A stretch of DNA of 64,000 nucleotides from an uncultured Chthonomonadaceae bacterium. GTDB taxonomy: Bacteria; Armatimonadota; Chthonomonadetes; Chthonomonadales; Chthonomonadaceae. The stretch spans positions 32,001 through 96,000 of the forward strand of contig CAWFQB010000004.1 in assembly GCA_963817895.1 (NCBI GenBank), written 5' to 3'. This document shows, in pieces, positions 40,974-51,490 of this stretch. The notes beneath the pieces are model-generated. The model was not told the origin of the DNA, did not search any database, and saw only the letters and a program-made list of their open reading frames with translations. Position numbers and translations under genes: made by a program. The first letter of the stretch is position 1, and every line of letters begins with the position of its first letter.

Positions 40974-42056
40974 TTAGGCCAGAGGCACACTCACTTCAAT
41001 CCTCGTCCCCTGGCCCGGCGTACAGGTGAGATGGCACTCCCCACCGATCTCTCTGGCACGTTCGCGCATACTGGTTATGCCGAAGCCACCACCTTGCGCG
41101 GGAGCCTGCGGATCGAAACCGACACCATCATCGTGTATGTGCAATTGCACCTGACCGGGAGCGAAGATAAGGTACAGGGTAATCTGGCTGGCCTGGGCGT
41201 ACTTGAGGGCGTTAGTAAGGGCTTCCTGAGCAATCCGGTAAAGATGGCTTTCCACCTCCGGCAACAGGAACACGGGCGTACCGTGCCGCTCACACTGAAC
41301 AGGGATGCCGCTGTCGGCAGTCGTCTGCTCGGCGAGTTGAAATAAAGCGGAGGGCAGGTCTGCGCCTTGCAGGGCATGAGGCCGCAACGCCTGCACTGTC
41401 CGTCGCGTTTCTGCCAAACTTTCGCGGGCGATGTCACAAGCGCGGAGAATACGGGGGCGAGCCTCCTGCGGAGCCGTATCGAGCAAGTCTTCGGCTACCA
41501 TGAGTTGCAGCACTATTGCCGTTAGCCCCCCTGCCAGCGTGTCATGTAACTCGTGCGCCATACGGCTGCGTTCACGCATGAGGGTAATCTGGCGCTCGTG
41601 TTGCAGACGCAATGCCTCTGCCGCTTCTCGATGGACTTCCGCTTCATGCGTCGCGGTACGGTCGCGTAAAATCTTGATGTAGCCGCGCAGAGTGCCCGCC
41701 TCATCACGCAGGGCATGAAGGATACCGCTGGCCCAGAAGCGGCAGCCATCTTTGCGAAGATGCCAGCGCTCATCTTCGGCGCGTCCTTCCGTGCGGGCTT
41801 GGCCCATCTCCTGCCCCGGCGCACCCTGCTGTCGGTCTTCGGGCGTGAAGATAATGGCCCCGGATTGTCCCAGGGCTTCGCTGGTGGTATAGCCCAAGAT
41901 ACGCTGCGCTCCCACATTCCAACTGGTGATGCGCCCTTCATTATCGAAGGTGAAAATGGCGTAGTCCGTAACGCATTCCTCAATCAAGCGCAACCGCTCG
42001 CCATCGCTGACGCTCTGTGGCTCCTCGAAGCCGGAAACAACCTTTGTGGGAGCCAA
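40974..42056 (-). CDS. PAS-domain sensor histidine kinase (HisKA_3)
   Basis: WNVGAQRILGY, ERSRMAHELHD, QEALTNALKY, DDGVGF and GFGITSMRER motifs. Confidence 0.93.
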   Translation of the reverse strand: MAPTKVVSGFEEPQSVSDGERLRLIEECVTDYAIFTFDNEGRITSWNVGAQRILGYTTSEALGQSGAIIFTPEDRQQGAPGQEMGQARTEGRAEDERWHLRKDGCRFWASGILHALRDEAGTLRGYIKILRDRTATHEAEVHREAAEALRLQHERQITLMRERSRMAHELHDTLAGGLTAIVLQLMVAEDLLDTAPQEARPRILRACDIARESLAETRRTVQALRPHALQGADLPSALFQLAEQTTADSGIPVQCERHGTPVFLLPEVESHLYRIAQEALTNALKYAQASQITLYLIFAPGQVQLHIHDDGVGFDPQAPAQGGGFGITSMRERAREIGGECHLTCTPGQGTRIEVSVPLA

Positions 42057-42349
42057 TATGATCTTCTTTCATCGGGCAAGGCGTTTGCAGGGCTGATGCC
42101 TCGCAACTATACCTAATGGTCTACTGTACCACGCTTTTCGAGTTTAATCGGCATAAAGGCAGTTTAAGAAACATGCCGAAGGGTATAGGCACACAACACC
42201 GCAGGATACGTCTTGTAGGGCATAATCATAGGGTTATCGTCAATGCCTCGTATGAAGACATACAGGAGTATCGCAGAGCGTGCGGGGCAAGAGCAAGACC
42301 GTGTGGGTGAGAATGAAAGGTGCAAGGCCCGTGGTTGGATAGGAAAGAC

Positions 42350-42739
42350 GTGATTCGTATTTTGATTGCAGACGATCATCCGGTCGTGCGCGAAGGCTTG
42401 CTCGCCTTGCTCTCCCGCGCCGAAGCCATGCAGGTAGTGGCAGAAGCCAGCAACGGTGCAGAAGCCGTGGAGTTGTTCCGTCAGCATCAACCCGATGTGG
42501 TGCTGATGGACTTGCGAATGCCTGTGATGAATGGCGTAGAGGCAACGGCAGCCATCTGCCGAGAGTTCCCCGATGCTCGTATTGTGTTGCTGACCACTTC
42601 GGAAGCCCCACTTGACATTCGAGACGCGCTGCGCGCCGGAGCGAAGCGGTATCTGGTGAAGGGTGGGGAACGTGAGGAACTGCTGGAAACGATCCGGGCC
42701 GTTTATGTGGATGCGCCAGAAGGTTCGCATGGGAAGTAA
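42350..42739 (+). CDS. Stand-alone NarL-type receiver domain
   Basis: IRILIADDHPVVREGL, DVVLMDLRMP; no HTH domain. Confidence 0.9.
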   Translation: MIRILIADDHPVVREGLLALLSRAEAMQVVAEASNGAEAVELFRQHQPDVVLMDLRMPVMNGVEATAAICREFPDARIVLLTTSEAPLDIRDALRAGAKRYLVKGGEREELLETIRAVYVDAPEGSHGK

Positions 42740-42759
42740 CAGTTTCGCCTTGACGTGGT

Positions 42760-44681
42760 TCAGGTTTCAGTTGGAGCCTCAACGGGGAAGGTGACAACAA
42801 CACGCCCGCCGCCCTGCTCTCGGTTCTCGTAATGACTTCGCCGCGCAAGTCCCAGCGCGCGGTGCTGTCAATGAGTTCCAGACCTGTATGGGCAGCCTTG
42901 CGGGGATCGAAGCCATGTGGAAAGCCGGGGCCATCGTCGCACACTTCCAGGCGTGCGGTATCGCCTTCGACATCAAGAGTAATTTCCACTTCTCCCTGCG
43001 CGTGTTTGATGGCATTGCTGACGCATTCGCTGACGAGCAGGGCCAATGCCGTGGCTTTCTGCACGGGAAGCAGTGACACGTCGGCAACATCGGCCTTGAT
43101 GTGCCTGTCGCCGGTGGTGGCCTGCAACATGGGGATCAGAGCGTTGCAGCACGTCATTAGCATTGACAACGGACGTGTTGGCATCGGCCTTTGCCTGCTG
43201 CGTCAGCAGGTCATGGATCGTGGCGAGAGAACGGACGTGCTGCTTGATGCGCTGCACCGCCGAACCGTTGCCCAACTCGTCTGCTTGCATTTCCACAAGT
43301 GCCGCGATTACTTGCAGGTTGTTCTTGACGCGGTGATGAGTCTCTTGCATGGCGCGGGCCAGGCGGACGTTCAAGCCTTCGATTTCAGACTGATGGTGCC
43401 GCAGAGCATTCTCAATCTCGCGCTGCTTGGTGATGTCGGTATTCGTGCCGCACCAAAGGGTGATGTCCCCATTCTCGTCTCGTATAGGATGAACGCGCGT
43501 GAGGAAGGGACGGAAGATGCCATCGGCTCCCTTGAGCGGGAACTCCATGTCGAAGTATTCGCCACTGGCGATGCTGGCCTTCCAGCGTCTCCAATACCTG
43601 GGGACGTAGCGGGGTGATGCACCCTCTGCCATCCCCACCCCTCCATCTGTGCAGGCGTCGTACCTGTATATTCATACCAGCGGCGGTTATACCAGAAAAT
43701 CCACCCCGTCACATCTGCCATCCATGCCAATTGCGCGATGTTGTCAGCCAGGGCGCGGAAGCGCGTCTCGCTGTCACGCAACGCTTCTTCGGCGTGTGCG
43801 CGTTCCAGACGCGGGAACAGACGGTTTGCCAGTTCGCGGAACAGTTCGATTTCATCCAGACGCCAATCGCGGGCGACGGCAGCGTTGACGGTGAGCAAGT
43901 ATTTCCATTGGTCGTCGTGATGAAACGGCACGGTAACGAAGGAACGGATGCCGAACCCGGCGTAAGCCGAGGCATCAATGCGCGGATCGGTCTGCGTGTC
44001 GCGGACGACGATGGTTTCTCCGGCCCGTGCCGCTTGCTGAAACTCCTCACTCACAAACTCGGAAAGTCGGTACGTGCCCACCAAGTCCAGCGTCGCGGTG
44101 GGTTTCCAGACATGTACGACCCTTACCCTATCCTGGGCTTCCTCTATCTCCGCGAACAGACAATGGGAGAGATGCAGATACGCGCCGAGTTTTCCCCCAA
44201 CGGCTTGCAGGATGGCGTCGGCGGAGGTGAGACAGGCAAAATCAACCTCTAGTTCGGCGAGAAAAGCAACGTTCGCCTGACGATGCTTACGCTCCGTAAG
44301 GTCTCGAAAGATTTTCACATAGCCTTGCAAGACGCCGCTTTCGTAGACGGGCTGCACCAAGCCGCTTCCAAAAAAGCGTGTGCCATTTTTGCGAAGGTGC
44401 CAACGCTCGTCTTCGGCGCGTCCGTTTTCACGCGCGTTACGCAACTCCTGTTCGGGAGCGCCTGTCGCGCGGTCTTCGGGCGTGAAGAAGATGGCGGCAG
44501 GTTGCCCCACGATTTCAGCCTCTTGCCAGCCCATCACATTTTCTGCCCCTGTATTCCAGAGGACGATGCTTCCTTGCGTGTCCATCATCACAATGGCGAA
44601 ATCCGTGGCGTTTTCTATGAGGAGTTGTAGCATTCTGTCTTGGTAGGGCATAGTGGGGTGTGGGTTCTTTTCTTTGGGCAT
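42760..44681 (-). CDS. PAS-GAF-PAS histidine kinase (HisKA_2), several frameshifts
   Basis: ETHHRVKNNLQ, SNAIKHA and DDGPGF in successive frames; PAS and GAF segments upstream. Confidence 0.85.
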
Positions 44682-44923
44682 TGCGAACAGACAAACCTCC
44701 TTGCGTAATGTATACGCTTGGAGGTCGTTTTCATTTCCAGATGGTTCAACCCCAGTTCCGTGACGGCATTTACCTGCCTTCCAGCAGAAGATGGATCGTT
44801 GTCCCTGCGCTTCGTTGGATTATTGTCATAGATAAAATGCGGTACAAGAGTATCCTGGTCGTGCCTGTTGCAGAACGGGCCGGGAAATTTTCTCCGCCCC
44901 ATTCTGCAACGTGTAGTCACAAT

Positions 44924-45217
44924 TCAATCAGCATACTCCATCGTGCCACTCTTATCCCTCACCATGACGCTACTGGTTGCTTCGGCTGTGGTGAGGGCGA
45001 ATGTGGAACCATCCTCCATATCTAAATCAAGTGTAGTGCCAGCCTGCCGCACAGCCTTGATTGTGCCGCCGCTACTCGCGCTATTCGACGATCCTGCCGT
45101 TTTGACGGTCATGTGCGAGCCATCCGTAAAAGTGATGGTCAGTTTGCCGTCTTGGTTTTGAGTGCCAGAGATTGTCCGGCCCTTGATGACGCTCGTGAGT
45201 TTGTGATTGGCTGCCAT
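44924..45217 (-). CDS. Small hypothetical protein
   Basis: 97-aa ORF starting immediately after the upstream TAA. Confidence 0.65.
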   Translation of the reverse strand: MAANHKLTSVIKGRTISGTQNQDGKLTITFTDGSHMTVKTAGSSNSASSGGTIKAVRQAGTTLDLDMEDGSTFALTTAEATSSVMVRDKSGTMEYAD

Positions 45218-45942
45218 TTAGTTCGTGCCTCCGCCTGCCGCATGATACCCGGCTTTGATCGCTTCCGCTCTCCGTCATATATTTGCCTTCTTTGGTCTTG
45301 CCATAGTAGCGCGTTCCCGGACGCCAGTACGCGCCACTTTTTGTATTCACCCACACTTGCCCGTCTGTTGCGCCTGTCGGCGCAGAGGAAGAAGCTGTCT
45401 GGTTCTAGGGCGCGTTTGGCGTCCGTTGCTGCGCGCATTTGTTAACGGTGATCGGTGTGAAAGTATTTCTTGTACGCCGCGATCCAATCTCTGGCAATGT
45501 CCTGTTGCGCCGTTTTCAGTTCAATCGTGCCGTCGCAGACATCCTTATGCAGCCGGTTTTCCAGCGCATCTTTGACATGTGCGTTCCAGGGCTCGCTCTT
45601 ATACGATTCAGGCCACAGGTTTTTAATACTGTTGCTGCCGCCAAGTTCCAGCGAGATGAGGTGATCCACTTCGTATTCGCCCGGAGCATGGCTCGTAATG
45701 CCATATTCCTGATACACCTGATCCTTCACAGCCTTTGGGACATTGCGGACTTTCTTCGTGTAGCCAGGAACGCAGATGTCGGCTTTCGTGACATCCAGCA
45801 CATCGCCGGGCGTCATTTTGGGATCGGGCAGAATGGGCGGGTTGTTGCCGCGTTGGGCCAGGCCAGAAGAAGCGAGGGCAAGAACGATGCCTGCGGCGGC
45901 AAAGAGGTTGGTTCGGAGGTGCATAGAATGTCCTTTCATCAT
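45218..45942 (-). CDS. Exported HNH-like nuclease with a C-terminal small domain (frameshifted)
   Basis: Signal peptide; YEVDHLISLELGGSN..KNLWPE; a downstream frame gives VWVNTKSGAY...YYGKTKEGKYM. Confidence 0.7.
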
Positions 45943-46604
45943 AGGGAGTTTAGTAAAGCCGGGTCTTCAATGGTCGGGATGTTCACGCGCTTATCCACAG
46001 CATACGCTTCCATGAGTTCGGCGGGATAGGGATGGAGCAGGCCAATCACGTCAGCGGATTTGTTCAGCGCGACATTGAGCCAGGCTTCCTCATCTTCGGG
46101 CAGGAGGATTGCAGGCATCCGGTCGTGAATTGGCTCCAACACTGCGTTGGGCGAAGTCGTGATGATGGTGCAGGTGCGGAGAGGCGTTCCGTCCGGCTGT
46201 TTCCATTCTTCCCACAATCCAGCGAAGCCAAACAACTCCCCATCTTTGCGGCGGATGTGCATGGGCTGGCGCGCGCCGTCTTCCGTTTTCCACTCATAAA
46301 AACCGTCCGCAGGAATGATGCAGCGGCGGCGTGACAGAGCGACTTTGAAGGCAGGTTTTTCGGAAAGGGTCTCGGCGCGCGCGTTGATCATCTTCCTGGC
46401 GAGGCCCGGTTCTTTGGCCCAAGAGGGAATCAACCCCCATTGCATCGTGTCCAGGAAACGTGCGCCGTCTCCCTCCACGACGATAGGAACCGGCTGCATT
46501 GGCGCAATGTTGTAGCGCTCTGTGGGAGTCGCCCGCGCCTCGGTGATGCCGAAGCGCATCTCCACCTGTTGCGGCGAATGGTGCATCGTATAGCGTCCAC
46601 ACAT
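45939..46604 (-). CDS. SOS response-associated peptidase (SRAP/YedK, abasic-site processing)
   Basis: MCGRY start; WGLIPSW, INARAET, GFYEW and IHDRMPAIL motifs. Confidence 0.95.
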   Translation of the reverse strand: MCGRYTMHHSPQQVEMRFGITEARATPTERYNIAPMQPVPIVVEGDGARFLDTMQWGLIPSWAKEPGLARKMINARAETLSEKPAFKVALSRRRCIIPADGFYEWKTEDGARQPMHIRRKDGELFGFAGLWEEWKQPDGTPLRTCTIITTSPNAVLEPIHDRMPAILLPEDEEAWLNVALNKSADVIGLLHPYPAELMEAYAVDKRVNIPTIEDPALLNSL

Positions 46605-46702
46605 TTTCCTGCCTCCGTGTTTTCAGCGTTGAACTATTGATGACTACGGATACGCACCACCATCAGAAACATCGCGTGAACACTGCTGCTTACATCGACA
46701 TC

Positions 46703-47869
46703 CTAAAACCGGCTCAAATTGCGCACACTCGCCACATGCTCTATAAACTGCACGGTTGATTTTGCCACAAACGCCGCGAATTCCGATTGAGATGATGGCA
46801 CTGCCGAAAATCGGGCACTTACATCCTCGCGGATTGATTTCCCCAACGGAGCCGCTGTTTGATATGTTGTGTACGTTTCAATTAGGAACGGTTCGGCTTG
46901 GGCAAGCCGCCTTGTGGACGGCAGAAGATGCTTCTTGACATGGGAGTTATAGTGCGCGTCCGAAGGCACCAGGTTCCACATCTCGTTAATCGGCATGACC
47001 GCAATCGGGATTATGTGGTCAACGTCGTACTCGCCGGGCTTGAGTAAGCGTTCTGTCCACGGGCAATGGAAGTCATTCCCTTCCATCATTAACAGGTCGA
47101 TCTGGTTACGTTCCCAGGTAAGTGGACGACGGTTATCGGGCCGGTCTGTGAGCAAACGGTAAACTTCTCCGCGGTCAACTTGCTTTGGATCGTTGCGAGT
47201 GGTGTTTTCAGTGAACAAACACCATTCGTGGATGCACAACGCTTCGATCCACAGCGACAGGTCAGCAAAGAGGTTCCATAAGTCCTTTGTCACGACGAGG
47301 CACATATCGGAGGTGCTTGTACCGGGCAATGGAATTACGGTGCCGGGCGTATCTTTTAACCGCCTGGGCTTGTCAAACACTGTCCACTTGCCAGGCCCGG
47401 CGTAACAGATAGGCATTTCGAGGGCCTTGCTAATCTCTTTGAGGCAGGCTTCATAAGCGTTCAGTAGGCTTGCAGGATAGGTGGCCCTCTTGCGCTCTAT
47501 CCGTAGTTCATTGACAAGGAAGAAGCCATCCGCAGGGCGCGCAACACCTACCACCAACTCCCAATGCGACCGCAGTTGAGTAAGTTGTGGTCGGAAAGCA
47601 ACATCGTTTTTGGCGGACTGTTTCTGCCCCTGCCGGATCGGGCTGTCAGCATCCATGAAGGGGAAGTAGTAACTAATCCATGATGCGGCGAGCATGTTCA
47701 GCGGAATGGCAACGTCGGCTTCTTGTGCGTGCATCGTTGGAAACGAAAGGACGACATCATTGATTGCCCGCAGCAGAGCAATTTTGTACGAGGTCACTTT
47801 AGCGTCATGCTTGAGGATTGTAGAAATGATGGTTCCGGCAGGCGTTGACATTGATACCAATACTCTCAA
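46703..47869 (-). CDS. HNH endonuclease domain protein
   Basis: SYKIALLRAI N-terminus; CPW...YDVDHIIP...WNLVPS...N. Confidence 0.85.
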   Translation of the reverse strand: MRVLVSMSTPAGTIISTILKHDAKVTSYKIALLRAINDVVLSFPTMHAQEADVAIPLNMLAASWISYYFPFMDADSPIRQGQKQSAKNDVAFRPQLTQLRSHWELVVGVARPADGFFLVNELRIERKRATYPASLLNAYEACLKEISKALEMPICYAGPGKWTVFDKPRRLKDTPGTVIPLPGTSTSDMCLVVTKDLWNLFADLSLWIEALCIHEWCLFTENTTRNDPKQVDRGEVYRLLTDRPDNRRPLTWERNQIDLLMMEGNDFHCPWTERLLKPGEYDVDHIIPIAVMPINEMWNLVPSDAHYNSHVKKHLLPSTRRLAQAEPFLIETYTTYQTAAPLGKSIREDVSARFSAVPSSQSEFAAFVAKSTVQFIEHVASVRNLSRF

Positions 47870-47932
47870 GCATCCTTAGAAACTGGACGCGCTCTCATCC
47901 ATTCCCGTAATTGCGGCAAACGAAGGGATAAC

Positions 47933-48313
47933 TCACTCCCTGTTTGCTCGCACTGTTTTCTGATGCTCGAAACAGTAGATACGCCCCTCGAACTGGGCTG
48001 CATGATTATGGCAGTAGGCTTCCACTTTCTCGGACACGGCTTTACCACAGAGAGCGCAATTAGCCACGGATGCAGAAGACCGTGGAACCACCGCCGTACT
48101 TGATGCGGCACTCGCAGGCGTAGGTTCTTGTTCTGAACGCGACTGCATGAATGGCCCTGGCTTACGAGAAGAACGAAGATAGTGCTTGATCCCGAACAGA
48201 ACGGCAAGCAATAGGATGTAGGGCCAAAATACCTGTATGAGCGTAGGTATTGCCATGAGCATCCCCTTGTTAATGAGGCCGCTCCAATCTATGCTGGGTG
48301 GTGCAGGTTGCAT
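47933..48313 (-). CDS. Small membrane protein with a C-terminal Zn-finger-like motif
   Basis: TM segment; CALCG...YC...YCFEHQ. Confidence 0.7.
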   Translation of the reverse strand: MQPAPPSIDWSGLINKGMLMAIPTLIQVFWPYILLLAVLFGIKHYLRSSRKPGPFMQSRSEQEPTPASAASSTAVVPRSSASVANCALCGKAVSEKVEAYCHNHAAQFEGRIYCFEHQKTVRANRE

Positions 48314-48345
48314 TTTCCCTCTATGATCAATAAGACAACGACCTT

Positions 48346-48702
48346 TTAGTGCATCTTGAACGGTTCGCCATGCGGTTCGGGTGTAAGATCAGGACGGCTG
48401 GAATCCTGAATGACCTCGTGGACTTCCAGTTTGTTTGGGGCGCTGAACGCTTCCTTCGGCAAGGAGCCTGACTTCGCATGTCCCTGCATGAACGCATCAG
48501 AGTTTATCCACGCCTCAAAATCGGTACGCGCATTCCACAATGTCAGAACAATGTATGGGTCGCCAGGATTGACCGGACGCAATACTTGGTTGGAGATGAA
48601 GCCAGGCATTCCATCCACAAGGCCCGCACGCTTGCGGAAGGCTTCCTCAAACTGGTCGGCATATTCAGGGGCTACAAAAATGCGATTGGCAACAGTAATC
48701 AT
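48346..48702 (-). CDS. Antibiotic biosynthesis monooxygenase (IsdG-like) family
   Basis: NRIFV...FEEAF...MPGF...W.....F.AW..S.AF...H. Confidence 0.9.
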   Translation of the reverse strand: MITVANRIFVAPEYADQFEEAFRKRAGLVDGMPGFISNQVLRPVNPGDPYIVLTLWNARTDFEAWINSDAFMQGHAKSGSLPKEAFSAPNKLEVHEVIQDSSRPDLTPEPHGEPFKMH

Positions 48703-48862
48703 TTCTATCTCCTTTGACTTCTGGTTGAGTTCAGGTCAGCGTCCTTGAGTTTACAAGTCATCAGCAAGAGGTGACGCATCCAAAATAAGGATGGAATGTG
48801 GAAAGCAGAAAGACGGATAGTGTACTCCCATGATAGAAGCCGTTTTGTGCCTTTATGTACAC

Positions 48863-49228
48863 TTACGCAGATGGTGGAACATTCCATCGTAGGCAAAGGG
48901 CCATGCCTCCCGCAACCACAGCAACGATGCCGCAAACCACACCGAGGGGGGAGGACAATCCCCAATGAATGCTGCCAGCAACTCCTGCGATGAGCGCAAT
49001 ACAAGCCGTCCGCCATACATGCCCCTGTAAAGTGCGTCCGCCAAACGTGCAGTTGAGCAGAAACATGAGCACACCGAGCCAAATACCGACAGAAGTGCGC
49101 GCACTCGGAAAATGGTTGAGCCAGATGACTAAAATCAAGCCCATCGCCATACCACTCAAGACATGACCCTTGTGACGCGCAAAGTAAGCCGCAGAAAGGC
49201 GTTGACGCCCAGCCTCTACACTGTTCAT
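48863..49228 (-). CDS. Hypothetical membrane protein
   Basis: Hydrophobic ORF; likely ATG overlaps the upstream stop. Confidence 0.5.
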   Translation of the reverse strand: MNSVEAGRQRLSAAYFARHKGHVLSGMAMGLILVIWLNHFPSARTSVGIWLGVLMFLLNCTFGGRTLQGHVWRTACIALIAGVAGSIHWGLSSPLGVVCGIVAVVAGGMALCLRWNVPPSA

Positions 49229-49536
49229 TCTTCGTTCGACCATTTCCGTAAACCACAATGCGGACAGGCATTCAGAAGTTGATTGACGCTCCATGCGCTT
49301 GGTTTGAAGAAGGGTTGATGGCAGCGAGGGCACGGGAACAGACTCCAACGTGACCCGGATATAAAGAACGCAAGCGCCCACAGAGGAAACGCATAAACGG
49401 TCTTATTTCCCAGAAGGCTGCTGATAATTCCCATCACGACAAAACCGCCGAGCCAGCACACGAAGAACATGATCATGCGCTGTCGTAAATCTTGCCACTG
49501 GGCCGAGTAATCTGGTGTTTGATCTTGCACCTTCAC
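49225..49536 (-). CDS. Small two-TM protein with a CxxC/CxxC zinc ribbon
   Basis: CPRC...CPHC after two TMs. Confidence 0.7.
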   Translation of the reverse strand: MKVQDQTPDYSAQWQDLRQRMIMFFVCWLGGFVVMGIISSLLGNKTVYAFPLWALAFFISGSRWSLFPCPRCHQPFFKPSAWSVNQLLNACPHCGLRKWSNEE

Positions 49537-49609
49537 CTCTTTGACAACGTATGCCGCCGCTCATAGACACAAATTCGTCACGCTTTCCTATATTCTACCG
49601 CACGGCAAG

Positions 49610-50134
49610 TTACGAGAGAGGAGCCGCGATTGTGAGGAAAGTGGGTTCAAAGCGCTCTGTCTCATGGTGCGTGACCTTGACAATGCGATGAGTGCTGGCA
49701 AGGTCGCCGTCTTCGTTTTCAGCACAACGGGCCAGTTCGATCAAGTAGCCGACTGTTCTCACCATATACAAACCAGCCGGAATCTCGCCAATATCAACAG
49801 CCAGCCGCAGAACGTCGCCGGATTGTAGGCTTTCTGACCAAACTGTTGAAGTGTCGCCAGCCTGTTCTTTGTCTGCTTCATCCGAACATCGAATTGTAAA
49901 CCGTTCATCGCATTGGCTGCATTGGACAAACGCGGTGGCGGGATCGGAGTCGTATGCTTCCGAGGAGTGAGGTGCTACCATGCAAAACAATGTGCTGCCG
50001 CAGTTTGGGCAAGTTTCAATGGGCTTATTGTGTGCAGGATCATCTTCTTTCATATTGCTAATTATTTCCGGCATGGCTATTGCTGCTAGTCTCGATGGCA
50101 GGGAATTGCACCAAACACAACTTGACATATTCAA
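49610..50134 (-). CDS. Hypothetical Zn-ribbon protein
   Basis: CPNCG...CSQC. Confidence 0.5.
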   Translation of the reverse strand: MNMSSCVWCNSLPSRLAAIAMPEIISNMKEDDPAHNKPIETCPNCGSTLFCMVAPHSSEAYDSDPATAFVQCSQCDERFTIRCSDEADKEQAGDTSTVWSESLQSGDVLRLAVDIGEIPAGLYMVRTVGYLIELARCAENEDGDLASTHRIVKVTHHETERFEPTFLTIAAPLS

Positions 50135-50140
50135 ATCACA

Positions 50141-50345
50141 TCACATGTAAAAACTGTATCGTGGCTCTATATGATCGTCCTCGTCGATATATTTCAGAAT
50201 GCCGCTCACCTGATGCGCGGCCCGAAGCGTGATCGGCTCTCCACCATCATATTGTGTGTTGTTCCAATTCATCTTCGTGAGAGCAAGAATTTCTTGCGCC
50301 AGAAACTTTGGGGTTTTAACCGTCTGCGCACAACGAATGTGACGT
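50141..50345 (-). pseudogene. C-terminal PIWI fragment of a prokaryotic Argonaute
   Basis: LAQEILALTKMNWNNTQYDGGEPITLRAAHQVSGILKY...YSFYM; no upstream coding continuation. Confidence 0.8.
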
Positions 50346-50549
50346 GGCAGGTAACAATAGCAGATTTTTATTTGGCAAACAAGTAGACGGCCCGAATGCT
50401 TCGCAGCCATCAGCCTTCCTGATGAAGACGAATATAGATATAGAAAAGTGTCGTATGGTTGAAGGTTTTTCCTGATGGAATGGAAAACATTTAGAGGCTG
50501 TGTGCCTGATAATCCGATTTGTGATTGCCTATCATTGAAAAGAGTATTT

Positions 50550-51215
50550 ATGCACCCACTTGAAAAATACCTCCGTAACCTGCATGAAATTCATGCTTCT
50601 GGTTCCGCCGTCAAAGAGACCTCCTATTATGGCGCGCTCTCCAACTTGCTGAATGATGTTAGAAAATCCCTCAATCCGCGTGTTCGCTGTATTATCAATA
50701 TCCAGAACCGGGGCGCAGGCATCCCGGATGGTGGATTATTTACATCGGATCAGTATGAGCGCGCCAGCGGAACGGAGTTGAAACAAGGTACGTTGCCTTC
50801 GCGGGGTGTTATCAAGGTGAAGGGAACTGGCGAGGATGCTTGGGTGGTGACCGATGGGCAGCAGGTGTCCAAGTATTGGGGCAAGTACCGCCAGGTATTA
50901 GTGACCAACTACCGCGATTTCGTGCTGGTTGGACAGGATGCCAACGGACATGCGGTGAAAATGGAGACGTACCTCTTGGCTCCCAGTGAAGCGACCTTCT
51001 GGGCGGGAACCGCCGATCTACACGCTCTGGTTCAAGAACATGGCGAACGCCTCGTTGAGTATTTGCAGCGTGTAATGCTACATGCTGCTCCGCTCGCGTC
51101 CCCCTTAGATGTGCGGATCGGCGACATCCGGGTGCGTAGCATCGAATTTGCGCTTGACGGTGAGTTGGAGAGCGTGGGGCGGACATTCCTAGCAGATTTG
51201 ATGGGGTCATTCTGA
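50550..51215 (+). pseudogene. N-terminal fragment of a type ISP-like restriction-modification enzyme
   Basis: ETSYYGALSNLL, GAGIPDGGLF, QVSKYW and VLVTNYRDF; similarity ends near PLASPLDV and the methylase domain is absent. Confidence 0.75.
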
Positions 51216-51490
51216 TTTTCCGTCCATTTCCGATTTGTTGACCAAAAAGCCCTAATCCTACGAAACTTGGTAAGTCACCTTCCCTGTCTTTCTTCTGGGA
51301 TTATGCTAGGCTATTCGTAGTATAATCCTGCTATTGCTCTGAAGCACAATAGTAGTGGCTCTGTTATGGTGGTGTAAAAACAGAAAGTTCGACATATCGA
51401 GCATCCTGAGCGCCATTCTACATCCACGGGAATCAGCACTGTACTGATTGTTGAACACACGCGCTTGGAGATTTATCTCGGTGCGCTTCA

